DNA of 64,000 bases from assembly GCA_002412595.1 (NCBI GenBank), contig DHVJ01000015.1, forward strand, positions 144,080 to 208,079, read 5' to 3'. A model generated the notes under the pieces. That model worked only from the letters and a program-made list of their open reading frames with translations. It made no database searches and was not told the origin of the DNA. This stretch comes from Anaerolineaceae bacterium UBA5211. GTDB taxonomy: Bacteria; Chloroflexota; Anaerolineae; Anaerolineales; Anaerolineaceae. Shown piece by piece: positions 9,723 through 18,516 of the stretch (its first letter is position 1; each line of letters starts with the position of its first letter). Both the position numbers and the translations under genes were made by a program.

Positions 9723-11042
9723 ATGAAAACGAAAACCAGACGTATCCTGGCGCTGTTGATTTATATTACGTTGATCTTCCTGCCTCTGATCGTGTTCCTG
9801 CTTTTCCCCATGCCGCCCGGTCGCAATTTCTGGCGCGATTTTTCCGTTATGTTGGGATTTGTGGGCTTATCCATGGCCGGTTTGCAGTTCCTGCCCACCG
9901 CTCGCATTCCTTTTCTGTCCAACGTCTTTGACTTGGATGGCATCTACCGTGTCCATCATATACTCTCTGTTTTATCAGTGCTGTTGATCTTTCTGCACCC
10001 GGTCATCCTGCTGGTCAACAACCCTTACACGCTGCTGCTGCTCAACCCTTTCACCGCACCCTGGCGCGCACAAGCCGGGCTGATTGGCCTGGCAGCATTG
10101 GTGTTGATTGCCATAACCTCCGTGCTGCGCAAAGACCTGAAATTAGATTACAACGCCTGGCACGGCCTGCATGACCTGCTGGCGTTGGTAATCGCAGTCT
10201 TCGCCATCATCCACCTGCTAAAGGTAAATTACTACATGACCGCTCCGGCCATGCGCGTTGCCTGGCTGGTGGAGATAATCATCTGGATCGGTGCTGCCAT
10301 CTACATGCGCGCGATCAAACCCTGGCAAATCAGCCGGCGGCCGTTTACAGTTGATCGGATCATTCCCGAAGTAGCAGAAACTTATACACTGGTGCTCAAA
10401 CCAATCGGGCATGACGGCCTGGATTTTCATGCCGGCCAGGTGGCCTGGCTCAACATCAACAGTTCGCCCTTCACCCTGCACCGCAATCCCTTCTCCATCT
10501 CCGGCAGCGCCCATCAAAAAGATGAGCTGCGCTTTTCAATCAAAGCCGTGGGTGATTTCACCAGCATGGTGGGACAACTGAAAGGCGGAGAAACTGTGTA
10601 TGTCGATGGCCCTTATGGCAGTTTTTGCCCGGATGCGCCCATCACCCAAAATGGTCTGGTGATGTTGGCCGGCGGTATCGGCATTGCCCCCATCATGAGC
10701 ATCCTGCATACCCTGGCCGACCAGCACGATCAACGGCCGCTCTTCCTGTTTTACGGGAATCATTCTGAAGGGAAGATCCCTTTCAAAGCTGAAATTGAGC
10801 AGCTCTCCAAACAATTGAATTTGCAGGTCACGCATGTGCTGGAAATCCCGGCTGAAAAATTGGAAAGCGAAAGCGGATTCATTACAAGCGAGCTGCTAAA
10901 ACGCAAGCTGCCGCAAAATTACGCGGACCTGTACTACTTCATCTGCGGCCCGCTGCCCATGATCGACGCTATGGAAGCCAACCTGCACGCCATGCATGTG
11001 CCCGGCCGCCAGGTTAATTCCGAGAAATACGAGATGGCTTGA
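9723..11042 (+). CDS. Ferric reductase-like / prokaryotic NOX-type flavocytochrome (6-TM b-heme domain + FAD/NAD(P)H domain)
   Basis: TM helices with paired His (YRVHH, FLHP, GLHD, IIHL); HRNPFSIS, GDFT, DGPYG, AGGIGIAP, FICGP. ATG 9723 fits GGAGGA; alternative GTG at 9717. Confidence 0.9.
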   Translation: MKTKTRRILALLIYITLIFLPLIVFLLFPMPPGRNFWRDFSVMLGFVGLSMAGLQFLPTARIPFLSNVFDLDGIYRVHHILSVLSVLLIFLHPVILLVNNPYTLLLLNPFTAPWRAQAGLIGLAALVLIAITSVLRKDLKLDYNAWHGLHDLLALVIAVFAIIHLLKVNYYMTAPAMRVAWLVEIIIWIGAAIYMRAIKPWQISRRPFTVDRIIPEVAETYTLVLKPIGHDGLDFHAGQVAWLNINSSPFTLHRNPFSISGSAHQKDELRFSIKAVGDFTSMVGQLKGGETVYVDGPYGSFCPDAPITQNGLVMLAGGIGIAPIMSILHTLADQHDQRPLFLFYGNHSEGKIPFKAEIEQLSKQLNLQVTHVLEIPAEKLESESGFITSELLKRKLPQNYADLYYFICGPLPMIDAMEANLHAMHVPGRQVNSEKYEMA

Positions 11043-11071
11043 GAACATTGTTGCATGACGGCACAAAATAA

Positions 11072-13078
11072 ATGAACTTAACAGCTAGCATTGGTTTGAT
11101 CGGATATATGGGCCTGAGCGGCGCCTTTATTCTGTGCGCTTTTTTGGTAATTCTATCCCTGCTGCTTCACTTTAAAAATGATGATGGTCTGCAAAAATTA
11201 TCCGTGTGGCTGGGGCGCATTCAATTCGGCTTGTTGGGATTGGCAGTGCTGGCACTGTTGTTGCTGCTGCAGTTGGGTGCATATGAGTACGAGCTCGTCT
11301 TCAATTCAGTAGAATCCGCCATGTCGCCGCTTGAGCGCCTGGGCGGTTTATGGTCCGGTCAAGCCAGTTCACTGCTCTTCTTTTCGTTCCTGCTATCAGG
11401 TGCGGCCGTGCTGGCCGTCCGGCTGGCGCTGCGTTTGCAAACGCACCGGTATATCCCCACCATCCTGCTGGTGCTGCAAACCACTCTGTTATTCTTCATT
11501 CTGCCGGATGTGTTCTTTGTCAATCCCTTTGTAAAAATCTGGGGATTGCCCTCCGGCGCCATCACCAGCGCTGTCTTTCCCCCGTCGGGTGCATCCCTAT
11601 TAGTAGCCGCGGATGGGCAGGGGATGAACCCCAGTCTGCGCCACGTCGCCATGCTGCTGCACCCGCCCGCCCTCTACCTGGGACTGATCGGCTTCTTTAT
11701 TCCTTATGCTTTTATGCTGGCCGGTTTGGCGCAGCGAGATCGGCGCATGCTGTGGGTCAAGCCGCTCTACCCGCTGGTGTTGGCTTCCTGGGTATTTCTA
11801 ACGTTGGGCATGCTGCTGGGCTCCTGGTGGGCATATTCCATTTTGGGTTGGGGCGGTTATTGGGGCTGGGACGCCGTGGAACTTTCCGGTTTGATTCCCT
11901 GGCTGCTCTCCTTTGGCTTGCTGCATTCCATGAGCATGCAGCAGCGCGGCTATGCCTACCGCAGCTGGATATACACTTTCACCGCTTCCATCACCATCCT
12001 GACCCTGTTCGGTATTCTCATCACCCGTTCCGGAGTCCTGGAATCCGTGCATGCCTATACCAGCGGTGCTATGGGCCCGCTGTTGACCGTGTTGATCGTT
12101 ATGCACCTTGTTTTCACAATTGGATTACTGTTTTCCCGGCGCAAATCCGCAGTGCCAATTGCCGCAGCACAAACCATATCACTGAGCGACGAAATCACAC
12201 GCCTGTTCAACTTGTGTCTGCTGGGTTTGGTGTTGGTCTGCCTATTCGGGCAGACCCTGCCGCTTACTTCACAACTCTTCGGCGGGGCACAGCTTAGCCT
12301 GACAGCGCAGCAATACGAACAGCTCAGCGCGCCGCTGTTCATGCTGTTGTTGCTGCTCAGCGGCTTGTGCCCGCTGGCACCTTTGTGGAACATTTCCCGG
12401 CCCCTGTTTGGACGCATCCTGGCCGGCACCCTCGCCGCGGCGCTGCTGATACCACTGATCCTCCAGTTTAGCCGGCCTCTCAAACCGCTGACGTTCATCG
12501 CTTTCTGGGCAGCCGCTTTTGCGCTGGTCGGCTGGTTGTTCGCATTTATCCGCACTCTGCTGCTGCCAATTTTTAATCACCAAAAAGGCAAACCGCTGCG
12601 ATTGGGTATTTTCCTGATCCATGTCGGCTTGGCTGTGATGGCATTTGGCATCATCGGCGTGGAATCCTTCAGCCAGAGCCAGGACCTCCAACTGCGCGTT
12701 GGTGAAAGCGCCCGGGTAAACGACTACAGCTTTGAAGTCTTATCTGCCGGAAACCGCCTGACCGAAAGCGCCAATGTAGCCTTTGAAAGTACCCTACAGA
12801 TCACACACCCTTCCGGCCAACAGAGTTTGATCACACCTGCCATTATCCATTACACCAAACTGGGCTCGCTCAGTGCTCAGCCGGGTGATCTGCCGGGTTT
12901 ATTGCAGGACGTGCAGGTTATTTTGCAGGAAGTGCCTGAACCGCCCAACCGCGTGCTAAATTTGCAGATCAATTTCTTCCCGCTGATGAGCTGGATCTGG
13001 TACGGCGGAATCCTGATGGCCGCAGGCGGTTTGGTTAGCTGGCTATCCCGGAAATACACATCCGGCAGCAAAGACTAA
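11072..13078 (+). CDS. ccmF: Cytochrome c heme lyase CcmF/NrfE family
   Basis: GLWSGQASSLL, GMNPSL..LLHPP.LY, GSWWAY..LGWGGYWGWD.VE, TRSG..SVHAY, FPLMSWIW.GG. Confidence 0.9.
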   Translation: MNLTASIGLIGYMGLSGAFILCAFLVILSLLLHFKNDDGLQKLSVWLGRIQFGLLGLAVLALLLLLQLGAYEYELVFNSVESAMSPLERLGGLWSGQASSLLFFSFLLSGAAVLAVRLALRLQTHRYIPTILLVLQTTLLFFILPDVFFVNPFVKIWGLPSGAITSAVFPPSGASLLVAADGQGMNPSLRHVAMLLHPPALYLGLIGFFIPYAFMLAGLAQRDRRMLWVKPLYPLVLASWVFLTLGMLLGSWWAYSILGWGGYWGWDAVELSGLIPWLLSFGLLHSMSMQQRGYAYRSWIYTFTASITILTLFGILITRSGVLESVHAYTSGAMGPLLTVLIVMHLVFTIGLLFSRRKSAVPIAAAQTISLSDEITRLFNLCLLGLVLVCLFGQTLPLTSQLFGGAQLSLTAQQYEQLSAPLFMLLLLLSGLCPLAPLWNISRPLFGRILAGTLAAALLIPLILQFSRPLKPLTFIAFWAAAFALVGWLFAFIRTLLLPIFNHQKGKPLRLGIFLIHVGLAVMAFGIIGVESFSQSQDLQLRVGESARVNDYSFEVLSAGNRLTESANVAFESTLQITHPSGQQSLITPAIIHYTKLGSLSAQPGDLPGLLQDVQVILQEVPEPPNRVLNLQINFFPLMSWIWYGGILMAAGGLVSWLSRKYTSGSKD

Positions 13079-15273
13079 ATTTTGCCCTCTTCAATCATAT
13101 CCATGAACACAGCCACGATCTGCGGATCGAACTGTTTACTGGCTTGTGCGGCAATATAAGCACGGGCTTCTTCGCGCGACCAGGCCGGCCGGTAGGTACG
13201 GTCGGAAATGAGCGCATCCCAAACATCCACTACTGAAAAGATGCGCGCGGAAAGCGGAATTTGTTCTTTCTCCAATTTACGCGGGTAACCTTGTCCATCC
13301 CAACGTTCGTGATGGTTATAAGGAATATCCAAACAGGAACGCAGAAACGTATTGTTAGTTAACAAGTCATAGGCATAAACTGGGTGCTTGCGCATGATGA
13401 TCCACTCGTTATCATCCAGCGGCCCGGGCTTGAGCAGGATATCATCGGGAATGGCGATCTTGCCAATATCATGCAGCAGCGCTCCGCGCTGGATCTTCAC
13501 CAGGTTGGCAGGGTTGACTCCCAAACGCGAAGCCAATTCCACCGTGATCTGAGCCACACGCTGGGTATGGCCTTCAGTTTCCTTATCGCGCAGCTCCAAC
13601 GCGTGTACGTAACCTTCAATCAAATCATCCACCGTTTGGTCCAACGCAGCCGCGTCAATGCCATTGATAGCAAAGGCTTGCCGGTCAGAATCTTTAGCAG
13701 AATTATTCTGATGATCAGTAATGAGGGTTGGGTGCAGCAGGAAACCGTTGTTATAGAAGCGGGTGTTATAAGCCACCACAGTCTGATTGCGTCCGATGCG
13801 CTTGGCCATTAGCAGCGCTTTATCAGCCTTGCCAATTAAAGCATCCAGATTGTCTTTTTTTTGCTCAAACACACCGATGCCAATGCTGGCGGTCACCAAG
13901 ATGCTGCCTTTGGGAGAATTGAAATCCATGGAAGTGATATTCTGGCGGATACGCGCCGCGACTTTCTCCGCCGCGGATTGGCTCGCGTTGGGCAGCTGGA
14001 TGATGAATTCATCCCCGCCGTAACGCCCCAGCAAGTCCGACTCGCGCAGACAGCTTTTGATCTCCCGTACCACCGCTCGGATGACCTCATCTCCGGCTGC
14101 GTGACCGAGCGTGTCATTGACTGTCTTGAAGTGATCGATGTCAATCACCAAAACACTGAGTGGATCCCCTTTCTGTTTGCATAACTGGATATTAAGGTTG
14201 GCTTCCGTATAAAAACCGCGCCGGTTCAGGATGCTTGTCAACGTATCCGTCACCGCTAAATTCTGGATTTGTGAAATTAATTGTGTGTTATGGATGGCTG
14301 ATGAAAAAGTTGATTCCAGATTCGCAAATAGAATCTCATCCAATTTCTGGAAGGGGATGAATACCCGCTGGGTATCCTGCGCCGGGTCTTCGCGGTCTGC
14401 CAAACGGGAAGTCTGGGGGCTTTGTTCCAGCCGAAACAACACAACCGCCCCCAGACTGAATTCCGAATAATGCAGCGGTACAATCAACGCGGAAACCCTA
14501 ACCTGGAAAGGGCGGCCATGCTGATCATATGCAAAATCAAAATTTTCAATATGCGTTACCTGTCCGTTATCCGACCTGAAATAGGATGCTAACTTAGCCC
14601 CATACAGCCGGATCATTTCAATCACCCAGTCATCCGGCAGGCTGCCTTCATGGAAACTGACTTCCCAGGAATCCGCTTCCATGCGCAGGAATAATCCATC
14701 ATCAAAGGCAATGATGCCGTGAGTTTTCTCCAGGATGGAATGGAAGACATCCTCGTAACCCATTTCGTTGGTCAGTTGGTGGGCGATTTGGAACTGCTTG
14801 CTGATGATCTGGTTGGCATTGTCCAGCGTGCGGGTCATATACAGCAGCAGCGTGTACATATCCACAACGCAATAAGTCTCACTGCTCTCCACAATGACGG
14901 GTTCATAGATATCATCCGGTTCTCTGGAGAGCGCCTGCTGCACAGCTTGGCTGATTTCACAGCTCACCGGAAATATCAGCGGCCGGGTGTTTAAATTTGC
15001 CAGAATATCTTCCACCGAGCGCTTCATATACACTTCAACGCCGAACGGTTTACTCAGGTGTTCAAAGAATTTTTTACGAGAAATCAAACTGTGAAATTGA
15101 CCCTCACGAGTGATCAGGACTCCGGGTAAATTGGGGTAATTGTCGAAAAATCCGACCAGTTCTTTTCCTGTAATTGAAATATCAGCCTGGACTTTATGGC
15201 AGGGAATATCAGCCAGCGTCAATTCGGTGATGTGGTGTTTTGAAAGCGGATTGGGATCAATAATGTTCACCAT
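13075..15273 (-). CDS. CBS-like + GAF + GGDEF + HD-GYP c-di-GMP turnover protein
   Basis: TDTLT..LNRR, DIDHFK.VND..GH..GD, I-site RESD, RYGGDEF; HDIGK, HHERWDGQGYP; N-terminal CBS-like pair. Confidence 0.92.
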   Translation of the reverse strand: MVNIIDPNPLSKHHITELTLADIPCHKVQADISITGKELVGFFDNYPNLPGVLITREGQFHSLISRKKFFEHLSKPFGVEVYMKRSVEDILANLNTRPLIFPVSCEISQAVQQALSREPDDIYEPVIVESSETYCVVDMYTLLLYMTRTLDNANQIISKQFQIAHQLTNEMGYEDVFHSILEKTHGIIAFDDGLFLRMEADSWEVSFHEGSLPDDWVIEMIRLYGAKLASYFRSDNGQVTHIENFDFAYDQHGRPFQVRVSALIVPLHYSEFSLGAVVLFRLEQSPQTSRLADREDPAQDTQRVFIPFQKLDEILFANLESTFSSAIHNTQLISQIQNLAVTDTLTSILNRRGFYTEANLNIQLCKQKGDPLSVLVIDIDHFKTVNDTLGHAAGDEVIRAVVREIKSCLRESDLLGRYGGDEFIIQLPNASQSAAEKVAARIRQNITSMDFNSPKGSILVTASIGIGVFEQKKDNLDALIGKADKALLMAKRIGRNQTVVAYNTRFYNNGFLLHPTLITDHQNNSAKDSDRQAFAINGIDAAALDQTVDDLIEGYVHALELRDKETEGHTQRVAQITVELASRLGVNPANLVKIQRGALLHDIGKIAIPDDILLKPGPLDDNEWIIMRKHPVYAYDLLTNNTFLRSCLDIPYNHHERWDGQGYPRKLEKEQIPLSARIFSVVDVWDALISDRTYRPAWSREEARAYIAAQASKQFDPQIVAVFMDMIEEGKI

Positions 15274-15306
15274 GATTTATTATTCTGAGTAATTGTATAG
15301 AAAAAT

Positions 15307-15334
15307 TATTAAGCATTTGTAAAGGTTAGTTTAA
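15307..15334 (-). promoter_or_regulatory. PhoP/OmpR-type direct repeats
   Basis: Minus strand TTAAAC-N5-TTTACA-N5-TTAATA (11-bp period), ending 9 nt before a TACAAT -10 (15297-15292). Confidence 0.45.
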
Positions 15335-15455
15335 TAATTTTACTTTGGATTATTATGATATTATTGAAATATATAAAGGGGATAAAAGCAGGCTTTCTGC
15401 CTGCAAGAATAACGATCGCAGGTTTAGAAAATCAAACCTGGAAAGGAAATTAAAA

Positions 15456-16436
15456 ATGACTAAGTCAAATCCATTAGCAGCCCTCCCTACCACTCACAAA
15501 ATCGCCATCATTGGCGCCGGCAAGGTGGGTACGACATTCGCCTATGCGCTGATGCTGGAAGGCCTGGCTGGGGAAATTGTACTGATCGATATGGATAAAG
15601 AACGCACCGAAGGGGAGGTCATGGACCTGAACCACGCCGTGCCGCTCTCCAACCCGGTGCGCATCTGGAGCGGGGATTATCCAGACGTTGCTGGGGCCAA
15701 TATTGTGGTCATCTCGGCCGGTTCGGCCCAGCGCCCGGGCGAAACGCGCCTGGACCTGCTCAAACGCAACATCGCCATCTTTCGCCAAATCCTGCCGCAG
15801 GTGCTGCAATACAACCAGGAAGCTATCCTGCTGATCGCCACCAACCCGGTGGATGTACTCAGTTATGCCACCTGGAAGCTGACCGGCCTGCCCGCGCAGC
15901 GCGTGATCGGCTCCGGCACCGTACTGGATACCGCCCGTTTCCGCTCAATGATCAGCAACCGCTTCACGTTAGACGCGCGCAATGTGCATGCTTTCATCGT
16001 AGGTGAACATGGTGATTCTGAAGTCGCAATTTGGAGTTCAGCCAACATCGCCGGTATCCCCCTGCAGGACTTCTGCCAGCAGGTAGGCTGTGAGATCAGC
16101 GCTGAAGATCGCGTCAAAATGGCCAACGATGTGCGCAACGCTGCCTATGAGATCATCAAGCGCAAAGGCGCCACCTTCTACGCTGTGGGAGTCGGCCTGG
16201 CACGCATCGTGGAAAGCATCCTGCGCGACCAGCACTCCGTGCTGTCCATCTCCAACCGGGTGCCCGGATTCTTCGGCATCGAAGACGTCTATCTCAGCCT
16301 GCCAGCCATTGTTGGTACCAGCGGCGTGGAACAAATCCTCAAGCTGAATCTAGACGAAGGTGAAACCGCCGCGCTGCAGAATTCCGCCCAGGTGATGCGC
16401 GGGATTATCGACCAGCTGGATATCCAACCGCTGTAA
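15456..16436 (+). CDS. ldh: L-lactate dehydrogenase
   Basis: GAGKVG; AQRPGETRLDL (Gln specificity residue of LDH); NPVD, SGTVLDTARF, GEHGDS; ATG 15456 after GAAAGGA. Confidence 0.93.
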   Translation: MTKSNPLAALPTTHKIAIIGAGKVGTTFAYALMLEGLAGEIVLIDMDKERTEGEVMDLNHAVPLSNPVRIWSGDYPDVAGANIVVISAGSAQRPGETRLDLLKRNIAIFRQILPQVLQYNQEAILLIATNPVDVLSYATWKLTGLPAQRVIGSGTVLDTARFRSMISNRFTLDARNVHAFIVGEHGDSEVAIWSSANIAGIPLQDFCQQVGCEISAEDRVKMANDVRNAAYEIIKRKGATFYAVGVGLARIVESILRDQHSVLSISNRVPGFFGIEDVYLSLPAIVGTSGVEQILKLNLDEGETAALQNSAQVMRGIIDQLDIQPL

Positions 16437-16455
16437 AAACCAATTCCATCTGTTC

Positions 16456-16489
16456 TTGACAAATAGTGTACCGCTTGGTACACTATTTG
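16456..16489 (+). promoter_or_regulatory. sigma70 promoter with embedded 13-bp inverted repeat (probable TetR operator)
   Basis: TTGACA-17-TACACT overlapped by CAAATAGTGTACC-gctt-GGTACACTATTTG. Confidence 0.8.
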
Positions 16490-16491
16490 CT

Positions 16492-17058
16492 ATGGATAAC
16501 CGCGAGAACTTGCTAAAGTGCGCCCTGGACCTGTTCACCCTGAACGGTTATGATGCTGTGGGTGTGCAGACCATCTGTGACGCAGCCGGCATCAAAAAGC
16601 CGACCCTGTATCACTACTTCGGCAGCAAGAGCGGTTTACTGAATACCCTGCTGGCAGAAGAACTTAATCCCTTCCTGGCAGAATTAGAAAGCGCCGCGGA
16701 TTACCACCACGACATCACCAATACGCTCTATCTGGTGGCGCAAACCTATTTCAGCTTCGCGCGACGGAAGCCGCGTTTTTACCGTTTTTACCTGTCCATG
16801 TGGTTCGCCCCGCACGATAGCGAAGCCTTCAAAGCCATGCAGCCCTTCAACGAGCGCCAACAATCCTTGCTGGAGAGCCTGTTCGCCGCTGCCACCCTGG
16901 ATCACGGCAACATGAAAGGCCGCCAACGCACCTATGCCGCTTCTTTCCTGGGCATGATCAACACCTACGTTTTGCTGGCCTTGAACGGTTTTTCGGAACT
17001 GGACGAGGATTTTGTGCGCCGCCTGCTGCATCAATTCATGCACGGTATTTTTTCGTAG
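16492..17058 (+). CDS. TetR/AcrR family transcriptional regulator
   Basis: HTH A..LF...GYDAVGVQTI...AGIKKPTLYHYFGSK. Confidence 0.93.
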   Translation: MDNRENLLKCALDLFTLNGYDAVGVQTICDAAGIKKPTLYHYFGSKSGLLNTLLAEELNPFLAELESAADYHHDITNTLYLVAQTYFSFARRKPRFYRFYLSMWFAPHDSEAFKAMQPFNERQQSLLESLFAAATLDHGNMKGRQRTYAASFLGMINTYVLLALNGFSELDEDFVRRLLHQFMHGIFS

Positions 17059-17082
17059 GTATATTTTTTTATCCATAACCTA

Positions 17083-17094
17083 TACCTAACGGTA
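17083..17094 (+). promoter_or_regulatory. Second TACC-N4-GGTA site upstream of GH13 gene
   Basis: TACC-taac-GGTA matches the core of the 16460-16489 palindrome. Confidence 0.5.
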
Positions 17095-17123
17095 CGTATA
17101 TTTTTTATAGGAGATCAGGAACC

Positions 17124-18500
17124 ATGAATCAACAACAAACACATTGGGCCAAAGATGCTTTTTTTTACCACATTTACCCGCTGGGTTTTTGCGGCGCACC
17201 CGAACGCAACAATTTTTCCAGTCCTTCTCAGGACAGACTAAAAAAAGTAAGCGATTGGATCCCGCACATGTATGCACTGGGCTTGGACGCACTTTACCTG
17301 GGGCCGCTGTTCGAATCCAGTGCCCATGGCTACGACTCCGCAGATTACTTCAAAGTTGACCGCCGTTTGGGCAGCAACGCCGACCTGGGAAGACTATCCG
17401 CCGAGCTGCACCGCAGCGGCATACGCCTGATCCTGGACGGGGTCTTTAACCACGTCGGGCGTGATTTTTGGGCTTTCCGCGACGTGCAGCAGAACGGCGC
17501 CGCCTCCGCTTATTGCGGCTGGTTCGACGGTCTGCGCTTCGGTGAAACCAATCCCTATGGCGACGCCTTCACTTACACCCCCTGGGAAGGGCACTACGAT
17601 CTGGTACATTTAAACCTGCGCAACCCGGATGTGCGCGCGCACCTGTTCGCAGCCGTGCGCACCTGGGTACAGGAATTTGATATTGACGGCCTACGCCTGG
17701 ATGTGGCTTACTTGCTGGATATGGATTTTCTGCAAGAGCTGAGTGTTTTTTGCCGCACGCTTAAACCGGATTTTTATCTGCTGGGCGAGGTAGTGCACGG
17801 CGATTACAGCCGCTGGGCTAACCCGCACACGCTGGATTCGGTCACCAATTATGAAGCCTACAAAGGGCTATACTCCAGCCTGGTGGATCGTAACTATTTT
17901 GAAATTGCCTATACCCTCAACCGCGAGTTCGGCCCCAACGGGCTCTACCGCAATCTGCCGCTCTATAATTTTGCCGATAACCACGATGTGGACCGCGTAG
18001 CCGCCAAACTGCCCGACCCGGCCTTGCTTTACCCGCTCTACCTGCTGCTCTTCACGATGCCGGGTGTGCCGTCTATTTACTACGGCAGCGAATTTGGACT
18101 GGGCGGCCGGCGCACCCCACAAGATGACCGCGCCCTGCGGCCCGCCTTGGACCTGGAAGAACTGCAGCGCAGCGCGCCCCAGCCGCACCTGCTTGAGACG
18201 ATCGCCAGATTATCTGCTCTGCGTGCGGAGCTGCCCGCCCTGCGCCGCGGCGGTTACAGCCAATTGTTCGTCGCCGCTGAGCAGTTGGCCTTCGCGCGTT
18301 TCACGAATGACGAATACGTGGTTGTGCTGCTGAACGCAGCCGAAACGCCCGCACGTTTCGAGCTGGACCTGCCGGTGCGCGCCAGTGGCGCCATGGACCT
18401 GCTCAACGACGGGGAACGTTTTAGTCTGAAGGATGGCCGTTTGGTTGTAGAGCAAGTTGCACTGCGTTGGGGGCGTGTGCTGCAATTGGAAGTAAGTTAA
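17124..18500 (+). CDS. GH13 alpha-amylase/neopullulanase/cyclomaltodextrinase-like hydrolase (cytoplasmic)
   Basis: HGYD, LDGVFNH, DGLRLDVA, GEV, DNHD, PGVPSIYYGSE. Confidence 0.92.
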   Translation: MNQQQTHWAKDAFFYHIYPLGFCGAPERNNFSSPSQDRLKKVSDWIPHMYALGLDALYLGPLFESSAHGYDSADYFKVDRRLGSNADLGRLSAELHRSGIRLILDGVFNHVGRDFWAFRDVQQNGAASAYCGWFDGLRFGETNPYGDAFTYTPWEGHYDLVHLNLRNPDVRAHLFAAVRTWVQEFDIDGLRLDVAYLLDMDFLQELSVFCRTLKPDFYLLGEVVHGDYSRWANPHTLDSVTNYEAYKGLYSSLVDRNYFEIAYTLNREFGPNGLYRNLPLYNFADNHDVDRVAAKLPDPALLYPLYLLLFTMPGVPSIYYGSEFGLGGRRTPQDDRALRPALDLEELQRSAPQPHLLETIARLSALRAELPALRRGGYSQLFVAAEQLAFARFTNDEYVVVLLNAAETPARFELDLPVRASGAMDLLNDGERFSLKDGRLVVEQVALRWGRVLQLEVS

Positions 18501-18516
18501 AGAGGCAATTCAGCGA

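Noticed and set aside
11350..12297. 315-aa alternate-frame ORF inside ccmF
   Set aside because: Arg/Ala/Pro-rich composition typical of off-frame reads in GC-rich genes; no RBS or motif.
13075..13078. 4-bp stop-codon overlap of convergent genes (also 58863-58866)
   Set aside because: Common in compact genomes; no evidence of regulatory antisense.
15345..15455. N-terminal extension of ldh in the ORF track
   Set aside because: AT-rich promoter DNA; the SD supports ATG 15456.
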